Source of the DNA: Mobula hypostoma
Lineage: Eukaryota
NCBI RefSeq assembly: GCF_963921235.1
Contig: NC_086097.1
Span: 176,454,001 to 176,518,000, forward strand
Length of the DNA stretch: 64,000 nt
Direction of reading: 5' to 3'
A program made the position numbers and the translations under genes. Of the stretch, positions 36,970 through 50,368 are shown piece by piece (the first letter of the stretch is position 1; every line of letters starts with the position of its first letter). The notes beneath the pieces are model-generated. The model saw only the letters and a list, made by a program, of their open reading frames with translations. It was not told the origin of the DNA and did no database searches.

Positions 36970-37510
36970 TATGGGAAATATCATGGGTAAGGCCTTCCCT
37001 ACCATTGAGCACATCTACACCGAGTATTGTCACAGGAAAGCCGCATCCATCATCAGGGTCCCCCACCACCCAGGACGTGCTCTTTTCTCACTGCTGCCAT
37101 CAGGAAGAAGATACAGAAGCCTCAGGACTCACACTACCAACCAGATTCAGAAACAGTTCATTTACTTCTCAGCCATCGGGCTCTTGAAGCAAAGGGGATA
37201 ACTTCACGCGACTTCACTTACCCCATCATTGAAGTATTCCCACAACCTATGGACTCATGGACTCACTTACAAGGACTCTTCATCTCATGTTCTCAATATT
37301 TATTGCTTATTTTGTTTATTATTATTATTTCTTTATTTTTGTATTTGCAGTTTTTGTACACTGATTGAATGCCCAGATTGGTGCGGTCTTTCATTGATTC
37401 TATTATGGTTATTATTCTATTATGAAATTATTGACAAAATGACTCACAGTGTTGTAGGCGGTGACATATATGTACTTTGATAATGAATTTACTTTGAACT
37501 TTGAAACTTT
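36970..37510 (+). mobile_element. Rex1-type LINE 3' end
   Basis: ORF 36971-37201 PTIEHIYTEYCHRKAASIIRVPHHPGRALFSLLPSGRRYRSLRTHTT; tail tttgaactttga. Confidence 0.85.
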
Positions 37511-37598
37511 TAAATGAGATGTTAGACTGAAGACTCTTCAATGCACAAAATGATGAAGGAACCCAGCAGGCCAGGCAGCACCTAAGGAAAAGAATAAA

Positions 37599-37635
37599 TA
37601 GTCGATGTTTCGGGCTGTGACCCTTCATCAGGCCT
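37599..37635 (-). ncRNA. Minimal hammerhead ribozyme in a pLTR fragment (approx. 37540-37635)
   Basis: Minus strand AGGC-CUGAUGA-A-GGGU(CACA)GCCC-GAAA-CA-UC/GACU: intact core and AUC triplet; one mismatch each in stem I and stem III. Confidence 0.65.
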
Positions 37636-38194
37636 TTCCTCTTTTCCATAAACTTCCTGAATAGAACATAATTGAAGACTTCATCCACCACAGACATTCT
37701 CTCTTTTCCCCTCTCCCACTGGGCGGAAGATGAAAAAGCCTGCAAGCACGTAACACAAGGCTCTGGGACAGCTTCCATCCCACTGTTATCAGACTCCGAA
37801 ACAGACCCCTTGTACGATAAGACCATTTCTTGACCTCACAATCTACTTTGTTATGATCTTGCATTTAATTGTCTACCTGCACTGCGATTTCTCTGTAGCT
37901 TTTATACTTTATTCTGCATATTTATCTTTTTCTACCTCAATGCACTGTGTAACGAACAGGATATAAGACGAGCTTGTCACTGTATCTTGGTCCATTTGAC
38001 AACAATACACCAATACCAATACTAATAATTACTTTGTAATTACTATGGACTTCAGTATTGCTACAGGTTTCATGTCACATATGGCAGTGATAATAAGCTG
38101 CTTCTGAGTGTTAGTGGGTGATTGATGGTCAGCACAGGCTCAGTGGACCAAAGGGTCTCTTTCCATGCTGTATTGCTTTAGGGCTCTATGACTC

Positions 38195-38400
38195 ACATCT
38201 GTATGGATCTAGGTTCAGTCCTGACCTCCATTGCTGTCTGTATGCAGTTCACATGTTCCCCTGTGGACATGTAGGCTCCCCGGGTGCTCTGGCTTCCTCC
38301 CACAGCCCTAAATCAGCTGGGTGATTAATTGCTTTCTGCTGTAGGTGAATGAAAGAGATGTGAATGAGTACAAGTTGCAAGGAAGTGGGATGAAGCGATT
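38195..38400 (+). mobile_element. tRNA-derived V-SINE (HE1-like)
   Basis: gctgtctgtatgcagttcacatgttcccctgtg..ccccgggtgctctggcttcctcccacag = V-domain core. Confidence 0.7.
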
Positions 38401-40239
38401 TTCCACGTGGTGTTGGCATGGTCCTGGTGGTATCCTTCTATGTCTTTATAAGTGTCGACACAGGCCACCACAAATGGGGAAATCTGAAGCAAGGATATGC
38501 AGGAGGATCTCCGCACGTCAAGCAGCATCTGAAGGGGTGGGGGGGGGACGGGGGGAGAAGGAACTGTTGATGTCTCAGGTTGAAAATGAACGCGGATGCA
38601 GGGTTTTGACCCAAAATGCTGACAATCCCTTCCCTCCCACTTCACGAGTTCCTCCAGCGGACTGTTTGTTGCCCTTAATGTGATGTTATGAAAAATACTC
38701 CAAATGTACTGGATATGCTGCAAGTCCAAGCCTTATTGTTCTTTCAAGATCTATCCAATTTGTCCCACTCTGGCTTTTATTCAGAACCTGTGTATTCCCA
38801 TTCCCCTCATTCCCCCCACTCCCCCCCCAACACAGTTTTTTTTTGCAGTTCCCTTTGTTTAAACCCACAATGAACTCGTTGGCACTGTCTTCTCGGGCGC
38901 TGTGTCCCAGATCGCAGCTCCCTGCATTTAAAATGAATTCTTCTTGTCTTCCACTCTGGTTTTTAGCCAACATCTTAAATCCGGCTATCAGTGCTCTTGC
39001 CAACGGAAGCAGCTTTTCTCTATTGCTTGATGCAGAAGGAAAATGCCACAAGATCGTTTAATACCTCTGCCAGGATGAAAATGAAGTTGTTTCTGGTCTG
39101 AAACTAAATGTAAACTTGCTTTGTTTTAGATCAAACAAAGTTAACAACAATTCTGTGCCATTAGCTGAAATCTATACAGCTTCAATGATACTGATTTGAT
39201 TCAATTAGTTTTCAATTAGCAACTTCCATTGAAGTCAACGGTAAACGGTTTTCATAAACATTTTTGCCGGCTTTCAGTGCACTATTTCACCACATCATTT
39301 GTATTGGAAGGCAAAATGAATCGATATGTTTTGAATTACAATTCATGTAGCCTTTTAAAAATCTCTCCACAGAGAGATTAATCACATATTGCTGATGTTT
39401 AAAGAAATGAGGATAAGTATATTTGAAATTCAAGTGTGATTTGATTTTCTTCTTGTGCAGACATTGTTGAATGTTGTCTGATCATTGTGGGCTTTATGTT
39501 TTAATTTAATAGGTCCCCCAACCTTCAGACATTCTGGTTCAACTATTCTGTGCTGTCATTTATTCCATGAGTGAACCTTATTTCACCCTACTTTAGAACA
39601 GAGCCTCAGGCTAAAGAGTTGGCCATTGGGACCTGAGTCACAAAATCTGTCACTCACAAGTTCGTAATTTTTCAATCCTCTTCTCCAATGGTTTTTGAAA
39701 ATCATGAACTTCAAGTGGCAGATCTTTTGACAGTAGTGAAATCAAAGGGTGTAGGGACTGGACATGAACATTTTAGAGTCTTATTAAATGATGGAACTAA
39801 ATTGTGAAGTAAAGATGATTACCATCACAACCACTATGACCAAGAAAGTGCAGAAGAACATTTACATCCTAAGGAAGCTAAGAGATTTGGCATGTCTCCT
39901 TTGGCCCTCATCAATTTTATCCAAGCACTATGGAGAGTGTCCCATCTAGATGGATCACAGCTTAGTATGGCAATTGCTCTGCCTCAGGTCGTTGTGGACA
40001 CAGGTCAGTACATCATGGACACCATCTCCCCTCCATGAACTCTGTCTACACTTATCAATGCTTTGATAAAGCAGCCAACATAATTAGGAATCTTTCCCGG
40101 CCTGGACATTCTCTCTTCTCCTCTTTTCCATTGGGCAGAAGGTACAAAAGCTTGAGTGCAGATTGACCATGGTCAAAGTCAAGTAACTCTGTTATCTCCT
40201 GTTCAGCTTCAATCCCAAGTGTTCATCTTTATTGTACAA

Positions 40240-41900
40240 GAGATCCTTTCAAGAGTCTTATAACAGTGGGTTAGAAACTGTCCTTGAACCTTGTGGTACA
40301 TGTTTTCAGTCTTTTATAGCTTTTCCCCAATGGGAGGGTGGAGAAGAGAAAATGTTCAGGGTTGGTGGGTCTTTGACTATGCTGACTTCTCTACTGAGGC
40401 AGCAAGAAGTATATATAGTCAATAGAGGGGAGGATAGTTTCTGTGATATGCTGAGCTGTGTTCTTAACTCTGCAGTTGCCATACCAAACTATTATGCATC
40501 CAGACAGAGTGTTTTCTATGGTGCATTGCTAAAAATTGGCAAGAGTCAACAGGCACATGATGAATTTCTTTAGTCTCCTGCGGTCAGCTTTCGTGGCTGT
40601 GACAGTGAATTGAATTGAATTGAATTGAATTGACTTTATTACTTACATCCTTCATATACATGAAGTGTAAAAATCTTTATGTTACATCTCCATCCAAATG
40701 TGCAATGTTCAATTTATAGAAATTTGTAATCAATATGGTTGGACAGGAAAGGCTATTGGTGATGTTCGCGTCTAGGAACTGGAAGCTCTCAATCTTAGCA
40801 CCGTTGATGTAGACAGGAGCACATACATTTTCTGAAGTCAATGACTTGTCTCATTGAGGGAATGGTTGTTGTCTTGACACTATGTCACAAAGTTTTCTAT
40901 CTCCTTCCTGTACTCTGACTCAACATCACTTGAGATTTGGCCCACTACAGTGGTATCATCTGCAGCTGGAGTTAGAGCAGAATCTGGCCATGCATTCATG
41001 AACGTACAGGGATAGAGCAGGGAGCTGCCGTCACAGCCTTGTAGAGCTCCATTGTTTAGAATAATTGTGGCTGAGGTGCTGCTGCCTATCCTTACTAAAT
41101 ACAAGTCTTTAGGTCAAAAGGTCAAGAATTCAATTGCAAAGGGACGGACTGGAGTTTGGTCATGAATTTGCTTGGACTAATATTATTTAAGGAAGAACTG
41201 TAGACAATAAAAATTAGTCCAATGTAGGTGTCTTTACTGTGCAGGTGTTCCAGAGATGAGCGTAGGGCCAGGGAGATGAAAATTGTTGTATAACTGTCTT
41301 GGTGGTAGGCAATTTGCAGTGGTTCAAGGTTGTCTGGGAGGATGCTGTGCTATGACCAGCCTCTTGAAGGATTTCATGACGGTAGATGTTAGAGCCACTG
41401 GGCAGTAATTTGTCTTTTTTTTTAGTACTGGATGATAGTGTTCTTCTTAAAGCAGGAGGGAACTACAGTCTGAGGGAGGGAGAGGTTAACAATGGCTGCA
41501 GATACCTCTGCCAGGTGATCTGCACAGGATCTAGGGACACAGCCAGCAACGCCATCCAGTTCTGAATCTTTCCACAGGTTCACACTCCAGAAGACTGATT
41601 TTACGTCTGCAATGGTGACTACAGATTCAATGGCACTAAAGACTGTCAGGAAGAGTGTGACATACCCTTTCCCTTCTGTTTAAAATTTGCATAGGAAGTT
41701 CATTAAGAAGAGACCTGCTGATGTTGGTGATGCTGCGTGACTTTGTTTTGTTTTTGTTATAGCATCTAAACCTTGCCACAGTTTACGGCTGGACTGAAAC
41801 TCAATCCTGGACTGATATGGCCTCTGAGCATCTCAGATACCTTTACGAAGGTCATATCTTGATTTCTTATAAAGGTCAGTGCCACTTGATTTGAATGGTA
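40240..41900 (-). mobile_element. Old Rex1-type LINE (RT and C-terminus), with a short (CAATT)n-tailed insert at approx. 40606-40737
   Basis: ORF 40880-41104 VRIGSSTSATIILNNGALQGC..AADDTTVVGQI. Confidence 0.75.
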
Positions 41901-41914
41901 CAGACCTCGACCTC

Positions 41915-42140
41915 AGAAGAGAGTGCATAGTACTGTAGCATTACAGTTAGCGTTATGCCATTACAGCACCAGCGGCTTGGGTTCAAATCCACAATTTGTA
42001 CATTTGTACGTTCTTCCTGAGACCATGTGGGATCCACCCCCCCAACATTCCAAAGACATACAGATTAGTAGATTAGTTGGTCACATGGGTGTGATTGAGC
42101 ATCTTGGACTTGTTGCTGTAATTCTAAATAAATAAAATAA
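41915..42140 (+). mobile_element. tRNA-derived V-SINE (HE1-like)
   Basis: gtagcattacagttagcg (A-box-like), gggttcaaatcc (B-box), tttgtacgttcttcctgagacc..cattccaaagac; A-rich tail. Confidence 0.7.
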
Positions 42141-42879
42141 GAAATAACGAATAGGTCTCCCTGTTCGTCCATGGAAATACTGCATTCTCTTTTCCTTTTT
42201 CTTATGCATGGAATTATTTATCTGGATGACACATAAACAAAAGCTTTTTGCTGTATCTCAGTGCATTTGACAGTAATAAACCAACAACCATAGTTTTAAT
42301 AAAATTTGTATCCTTTCTTTTCAGCTCAAGGTATCTGTTTTACTCAATTTCTTCACATAGGACAAAACATTTATCCCAGAATTCAAACTTGATTATTCTT
42401 TCTTTATTCTATTTTATTCTCTTTTTAAAATTTTTTTTTTTATAATTTGCTTGGAAAAATAGTTCGCGTCCAATTATTCATGAAGCAAAGGTGCTTGAGA
42501 CAGCTTTAATAACTATTTTCCACAAACATTTGCAGCACAAAAAACACTGGCTTCTAAAATAAAATGAGGCTAATTAGAAATACAACGAACCATAGCAACT
42601 AACATTAGAGCTTTTTATAGTTTAGTGTATCCAATTAAAATAAAGCACTCATGTTAATTCAATATGAGTGCTAATTCGATCGAGGGTTCTAAATTAAATG
42701 TTTATGCACTGTATTCAAACAAAGACAACCTCTGTGGACCAGTTTAAATGAGTGTAGCAGAAGTGGCCAAACTTTCCAACTGATTGATTATAGTTCCAAT
42801 CGTGTTCATGTTCAGCTTGAAAGTCTGCTGCAAGTGAACTGTTCCCTTACAGAGGAGTTAGAATAGCAAGCCAAAAAGC

Positions 42880-43880
42880 AAGAACATCAGGGAGGGGAGA
42901 GTGGAGTAAAGGAGCAAAGAAACAGAGCAGTTACTGGAAGTTGGAGAATCCAGTGTTCATACCACCAGGTTGTGGACGACCTGGGCAGAATATGAGGAAC
43001 TGTTCCTCTAATTTGCGCTTAGCCTCTGCTTGGTAGTGGAAGAAGTTGAGGACAAGCACATTGGTGTAGAAATGGGGAGGAGGATTAAAATTGCTGGACT
43101 CAGGAGATATGGACAATTATGGCAGACAGAGCAAAGGAGTTCGATGAAGCAGTCTCCCAATCTGCATTTGTTTTTGCCCATGGGATCATTGGATGCAATA
43201 AATAACACTGGAGGATTTGCAGGTGAAGGGCTGCCTCAACTGAAAGGAAGAGGTCCTGGTGAATCTGCTCTGCATCATCTCTTTAGCAATCCGGCCAGAA
43301 CGGGACACAGCACTCCAACTGTGGCCTGACTGCAATGTGTTTCAATCTGCTTCAGCAGCAGGCAAAGTTCATCACTCCTAACTCTATGTGGAAGATTAAC
43401 ACCATTATTGATTATGTCTGGGAGATCTGTGTATGTGCGACAGAGAACACTTGCCCAAACATTAGGTAATTTCATGCATCATTGGCCAGACCTTGGAATC
43501 TGTCACAAATAACTCTTCGTTCCTGCTACATGGTTTCACACATGGTAAAGAAAAATCCTCCCAAAGTGAACAGCTGGCAGAACTTAGCAAGTCAGGCAGC
43601 ATCTATGGAGATTCTGGCATCTTCAATCACCCTAACCCCCCCCGCTTTCCACAGGGATCTCTCTCTACGTGACTCCCTTGTCCATCCAGGGCCACATACA
43701 GTCCGTCCTGGTGAAGTGACACTTTACCTGCAAATCTGTTTGGGCTATCTATTGCATCTGGTGCTCCTGGTGCAGCTTCCTCTATATCGGTAAGACCTGA
43801 TGCAGACTGGGGTATCACATTACCAAAAACCTTTGCTCTGTCTGCTTCAAAAGACAGGATATCCTGGTGGCTGTCGAACG
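42880..43880. mobile_element. Decayed Penelope-like GIY-YIG fragments (minus approx. 42880-43250; plus approx. 43615-43880)
   Basis: AKRKLEEQFLIFCPGRPQPGGMNTGFSNF; CRLGDCFIELLCSV; AFHRDLSLRDSLVH; YCIWCSWCSFLYIGKT. Confidence 0.75.
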
Positions 43881-43889
43881 TCCTTCTGT

Positions 43890-45130
43890 GATTCAAGATT
43901 AATCTGCAAATTGCCACTTCACATGTGAGATAGCTTTCCGGAGGTCGTACCTGGACTTCTTCTACTTTGCTGGGTTGTCAGTCCTGAATGCCACTGATCT
44001 AGTCCTCTGCAGATTGTGGGTCTCTTGGTTCATCCAGAGCTTCTATGTGGGGAAGACTGAATGATTTTGTGAGGGCACACTCATCCATGAGTGCCTTTAT
44101 AAAGTCTGTGTCAACCATGATGTATTCATTTAGGTCCTCTCATGTGTCCTTGAACATAGCCCCAGTCCACCAACTCAAAGCTGCTCCTCTTTCTCCCATG
44201 ACCACCTCTTTGTTGTCCTTACCCTGGTGCCTTTCTCTTTAGGTTCTGCCTATGATGGTTCTGGAAGCTACAGTGCTGACGAAGCTCATGAAAAGCATTG
44301 GGTTGGTGAAAGCACACAGCGGGTTGACTGAAATTCCAATTCTAGCATCAAAGTGCAGGAGCTGCTCACCTCCATCATGAACAACTAAAAGGCTATTGAG
44401 GAGTCGGTCAAACAGCCAGTTTTCAGATACAATCCGGTGGGAGGAGGACAGCCAGATGGTTAGGTTTCCTGAAGTGAGGTCAAGGGATGCTATGGTGGGC
44501 ATTCTTCTCGGTAGTGTAGCAATAGTTGAGCGTGTTGGGTCTTCTGGTGCTGCAGGTGATGTTCTGATGGTAGTTGGGCAGAGATTTCTTCAAGCTAATC
44601 TGATGTAAGCCCCTGGTAAGGATGGGAAAGGTGTTAGGGTAGGCTGTTTCTTGTTTGCTAATCATGGCACTCAATGGATTCGGTGCGAGCTTGACATCTG
44701 CCTTTGGTGGTATGTAACCTGCAGTCAGGGTCACATTGGAGAACCTTCTCAGTAAGTAGAATGGTCAGCACTTAATCATTAGATGTTCCAGGTTGGGAGT
44801 CAAGACCACTATGTCTAAGCATCATGATGAGTTTATCATGAAGCTGATACCACTGCCTCTGCCCTTTCCTGTGATGTCACTGTTCGATCCACCCAGTAGA
44901 CTGAGAGACCCTTGGGTTGGAGTGCAGTGTCTGAAGTATGTGCGTGTGTGAGGGTGGGGGTGAGCGTGAGCCACATCTCAGTGAAACAGAGAACACAGGA
45001 ATCCATCATTTCTCTCTGATACATCGATCTTGCCCTTAGGTTCCCTATCTTGCTCTCCAATGACTATACATTGGCCGGGAGATTGCTAGGGAATGGTGGC
45101 TGTGTTCCCCGTCGATTCACTCTGGACTGA
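43890..45130 (-). mobile_element. Rex1-type LINE endonuclease region
   Basis: ORFs 44836-45060 (VLCFTEMWL) and 44480-44734 (YIPPKADVK..SLPNYHQNITCSTR..TLNYCYT). Confidence 0.8.
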
Positions 45131-45169
45131 AAACCCCCTGCAACATCCATCGGCCCCCACATCCTCAGT

Positions 45170-46030
45170 CCCCAACTCTACTCGCGTACGACTCTGTGGG
45201 CAGATTCTGCTCTAACTCCATCTAGAAGTTAGTAGGCCAGGTCTCAAATAATGATGAGTCAGAATACAGCAAGATGATAGAGAAACTGGCGACAACAAGA
45301 TGCTAACAGGAAAGCTAATCATCACCATCAGGGAGGTGGTGCACATGCTCCTGTTTACATCCACAGTGTTGAGGCTGAGAGGTTGATAGCTTCAAGATCC
45401 CTGGAGTGAACATCATCAATTACCTGACCTGATCCAACAATACTGATGCTCTAGTCGAGAAAGCTCACTAGTGTCTCTACTTCTTCAGCAGGTCCCCTTT
45501 GACCTTTTTTATAGATGCACCACCGAGAACATCACTGCTTGGTATGACAACTGCTCTGCACCTGTCTGTGATAAATTGATGAGAGATGTACGCAAAGCTC
45601 AGCACATATGGAAGCCAGCCTTCCCTCTATGTCTTCACTTCTCACTGCCTCGGTAAAGCAGCCAATATAATCAAAGGCCCAACCCACCCCAGATATTCTT
45701 TTTTCTTCCAACTCCCATCACACAGGAATTACAAAAGCCTGAAAGTGAGTATCACCAGGTTCAAGGACAGCTTCTACCCTGTTGTTATGAGACTATTGAA
45801 CAGTTCTCTAGTATGATCAGCTAGACTGTTGACCTGACTGCCTACCTCTTTGTGACTTTGTCTGCCTGCACAACACGTTTGCTGAAATTCTAACCCTCTA
45901 TTCTGCATTGGTTATTGTTTACTCTTGAAATATTCAATGCACTGATATGATTAAAGATCTGTACGAATGGCATGAAAAACAAAATCTATCTCTGTACTTC
46001 GCTACATCTGACAGTAATTAACCAATTTAC
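45170..46030 (+). mobile_element. Rex1-type LINE 3' portion
   Basis: FYRCTTENITAWYDNCS; KAANIIKGPTHP..LPSHRNYKSLK..TRFKDSFYP. Confidence 0.8.
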
Positions 46031-47377
46031 CTAAAAGCGAGCTTTCAGGTGGCCCAAAACCACCAAGAACTCTGTTCTACCACCGATTCTCGAGCTGCTA
46101 CAATGGCAGCAGCTTGCACTGTCATTACCGAATCCATCATGATTAATATTTACAACTTATCCCAGCATCAGACAGTTTAGACAAAAGAATCTCTGATTAA
46201 ATATTTGCTGAAGGTCAGGATGTAAAATTTGCTCTCACTGAAAAAACACAAAGTTCAATTACATTGGGTCAGCTTGCCTTGTCTCACACTATATTCCACT
46301 ACAATTATCATATGTAACCTTACTAAAGCCACTTACAACCCCTCTTTTATTCAAACGAACTCCAATGTTCTCAAAATTAAGTCAAACAAAGTTGACAAAT
46401 TTCAGAAAAAATGATTTTCATCTTGGAAAATACTATTGCATTCTGCAAGCTTCAATCGTACACTTCATGGTTTACAATTCAAGTGATGAGATATAGCTAT
46501 CTTAAGTTCTTTATGCATAGTTTGTGGACATCACTGGAAAGGCTGGTACTTAAAACTTTTTAAAAATGTTGAGTTTGTTGTCATATTTGCCAAGTGCATT
46601 GAAAAATATACTTGAAACAGCATCACGAGCACATACAAGTCGCATTCACAAGAAAACGTAAACATAGATTAAATATAATTTAATTAAAACAAAGTAAAAC
46701 AAAGAAATCCATTTTACACTCAGTGTCCACTTTATTAGGTAGCTCCTGTACATTTCCTCCCCATTCTGATATTTGGTCTGCACAACAACTGAATCTCTTC
46801 TTCTTCCTTTTGTAATGTTTAATGGTGGTTGGCAGAACAACATAAGGTGCATTACTGCCACCTACTGAGTTGGAGTGTGGAGCAAAGAGACAGGAAATAT
46901 GCCCAAAAAAAATCAAATAATATCAAAAGGTCTAATGCTTTTTAGAAAGTTGAATACACACTTATATACATTTACGATGGCAGTGACGTCCTCACAAACT
47001 TTCCATGTTAAACTGTGTCCATCTCAAAGATCTCAATTTAGCAATTAAATGTTTCCTTTGAACCTCACAGAAACTGCATTCAAACAAGATATGCTGGACT
47101 GTTTCTTGACAAGTGCACTCCCTACAAATGCCTGTATTATTCATATTAATTTTGAACAAAGAATTATTCAATCTAGTGGGTCAAATATGTAAATGTGTAG
47201 GTATAACTTCTTCCCTTCTTTTATATCCATTTGCCATTTGAGTTCCCACCATCCTATAAATTTTATACAAATGCTTTCCTTTCTTTTTCTTACCCCAACT
47301 TGGTTGTCACAGCGATCAAATGGACTTTGTAAATAACGTCTATCACCTCGCTTCCTTCAATTCCAACATGAGCAGGG

Positions 47378-47416
47378 ACCCACATGAAATGTATACCCAC
47401 ATGAAATGTATACCCA
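47378..47416. repeat. 17-bp tandem duplication
   Basis: acccacatgaaatgtat twice, then accca. Confidence 0.9.
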
Positions 47417-47479
47417 AGCCTAGACCCAGCAACCTCAACACATTTTGTCCAATTTCAAGAAGAATGCTGGCTCAAACAA

Positions 47480-47605
47480 GACAAAATCTGCATTTGCTGG
47501 AAATCCAAACAACACTCACAAAATGCTGGAGGAACTCCAGCAGGCCAGGCAGCATCTATGGAAAAAATTACTGTCGACATTTCAGGCTGAGACATCTCAT
47601 GATGT
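47480..47605 (-). mobile_element. Penelope-like pLTR fragment truncated inside the hammerhead
   Basis: aaaatgctggaggaactc..gcagcatctatgg..gtcgacatttcaggctgagac; minus strand keeps GAAAUGUC/GAC. Confidence 0.8.
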
Positions 47606-48608
47606 CTGGTCTTCAATTTGAAATACCTGTTTTAATAGATATCAAAATCTAGAATGAATCAGAGCATACTTCATTGACCCATTCCAAGGCTAAAATGATA
47701 GCAACCATCTCAGATGTGAATACTGATACTCTGTCTGATAATCTTTTCTTAATTGTCACTTGAAACTTTGTAACATAAACAGAAACACCTGAATGACCTG
47801 TCACTGAATCTTTTGAACCAATGGTGTAGATGTGTAAGAAGTCATCATATCTGCCTTGAATATATTGCTGAACTCCCTGTGCCACTGATATACAATCACT
47901 CCTCAGCTTGATCTTTTCCTGAAGGTCCAAATCAACAACAGGCAAAGGGAAGAACCATGGAGGACTGACAGAAAGGGGGTACTAGGACCATATTCCACAT
48001 TAAACAACCCAAGATTCTTTGTCCATTCATTTCCCAGAAGTAAAGACCTTATGAATACAGTGCTCCCAACACTCTACTAATGTTGCCAATATTAGACAAC
48101 CAACTGTATGTCCTCTTATGTTAACCTATTGTTAACTGTAACCTGTGTAAAGTGTAAAGATACATCTCCCATTTCTATCAGTAGAGCGAACATTAGGGAT
48201 GATTTAATAACACCACAACATAATCGCAATGCTTGAGCTTGAAGTTTAGCTTGAAGTAAGACCACGGGTGAGGTTGACCCATAAGCAACACATCCATAAT
48301 CAAAGACAGATCTTATTAAGGCAATATAAATTTAAGTGACCTCCTACTCAAACCACAATCATACCCAACTAAGCATTTGGGCACATTAACGATTTTTCTT
48401 TACACTTCTCTGGAATTTTATTTACATACAACTTCCATGTCAGTCTTGTGTACATCCACATACCTAGAAACTTTACCACTGAGTCTTGTTTAAGAGATTT
48501 ATCATATAAAATGAGACCAATTTTGGGTGCAATATTCATTTTAGAAAATAATTTGAATCTTTACAACAGAAAACTTGAAACCCCACCAATATACCAATTC
48601 CTCTACTT

Positions 48609-50290
48609 CAGTGGTTTTCAAACTTTTTCTGCTCATGGCCCACGTGTGGCTTTCATTTATCTCTGCGGCCCTCACCCTGCATAGTCTCCATTAATTGTTG
48701 AAGTTTCTTTTGGTCAACTGTATTAATTATTCTAAAGTACAGTCAATATTTATGTTTTAACCAGTTATGGGTATTATTATGAGTTAAATATAATGTTACA
48801 GGTACAAATGAAAAATAAAACTATTTCAAAGGTCTGAAAGGGGTACTTTATTTATAATATATAATATTCTTTCAACCAGCAATGAAAAAAGCACTTAATA
48901 TTGTTACTTTGGTTATTTAGTGAAACCCTTAAAACTAATGCAAGTTTTTGAATTTCTAATTGTAACTTGGTTAACGATAATTGAAGATCACCTTTTTTCA
49001 CAACATCAGGATGGTTTGGAGGTTTTGATAGCAAGTGAAGAGCTTGACTAAAACCATATTTAACTAGATAAGAGGAGGAAATCCAATTAAAAATAACCTT
49101 GCCTTCTCCCAGAGCTGTGGAAACTTATCTTGAACATCACTAGTTATCCTGGAATTATGTTTGCTGCGTTTGAATTTTGCTTGAGCTGTTACATCACTCT
49201 GCAGCTCAATAAGGCGTTCTTGCAATGTTTTGTCAACAACAGTCACATTCACTCCAAATGGATCTACCACCCAATTTGGAATATGCATTCCATAATCGGT
49301 GTGTAGTTGTTTCAAATGATCAAAATAGACGATCAGATCATCATCCTGCAATTCTACTTTCAGAGTGAGCAGTGAGTGAACTCAATCCAGTGTCTTGCCT
49401 TTCTTGTCTTTACGTGCTGTCTCCAAGTGCTTCCTCAGCCTCCATGGCCCACATGCTTTCATTTGAAAGTGTAGTCATACAAAGTAGACACGATGGCACC
49501 CTTTTGTCCTGTGGGGATGGAATAAAACCATGGTCAGGTTACACAGTGGAATATTGTTGAGATTCTATCTTTGATGCAGTAGCCATGAATAATCTGATAT
49601 AAAACAATAAAGGAAAATTAAAAACATCTATATATATTTATATAGATAACAGTAACAGCAATACTGTACAACTGTGTGAGTAGGATCTATAGAAAACTAG
49701 TAAGCATAACTATAATAAGTATAATCTCATGTTGAAAAGTATCAGCACTGAATATACATGTAAAAATAAAACTAGCTTTTAGGCAATATTTTTCTAAAAA
49801 TAATTTATTTTTTTTGGCAAATATTTAAAAAATGTTATCATATGCAAATTCTATGAGATAATAAAGAGTGTGTACTCACCAAGAGAAGTGAATTGAACTT
49901 CCTTTCAAAATATGCCGAGTATATTTGTAGTCGTAGATAGTGAAGCAGGGGTAGATCTTATGCATTCTCACTTCTCTGCAGTTTAGCGCTTTCTGGCAAA
50001 TAACCCCACTGCTGTAACTGCAGCCTTCATATCACATTTTATAAGTGGGTCAGCGGAAGGCAAACAGAACAAGCATCCTGCTGCAAATTCTGTGATTGAC
50101 TTTGCTGCAGATAGCCCCACCCAATTTGCACTTTGTGATGTGGGGGTGGATGTGAAGTGGGTCTCAGCAGTCAGCCCTGCAGGGTGTGAACGGTGATTTG
50201 TGCAGGGTCAAGCAGGAGCAGAGATAACCATTGACGTGCTGTACCCACCTCCCACACACAGGTGAAGCTGTTTTGCTGCTGCATTTGCAT
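48609..50290 (-). mobile_element. Buster/Charlie-type hAT transposon remnant (BED finger and C-terminal dimerisation region; centre deleted)
   Basis: TIR cagtggttttcaaact at 48609; minus MATASK..QYST..HGFIPSPQDKRVPSCLLCMTTLSNESM (BED finger, ATG at 49586); IPNWVVDPF..LQERLIELQSD..FPQLWEKARLFLIGFP..GDLQLSLT; second TIR not located, so the right boundary is a guess. Confidence 0.82.
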
Positions 50291-50368
50291 CATCTAGCAT
50301 ATTTTCCCATTCATTTCATTCAGGGTTTCATTTCAATTACATACATTTCTTTTTTTACTCATACATTT

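Noticed and set aside
41915..41995. tRNA gene
   Set aside because: A/B-box-like motifs belong to a tRNA-derived SINE head; no complete cloverleaf
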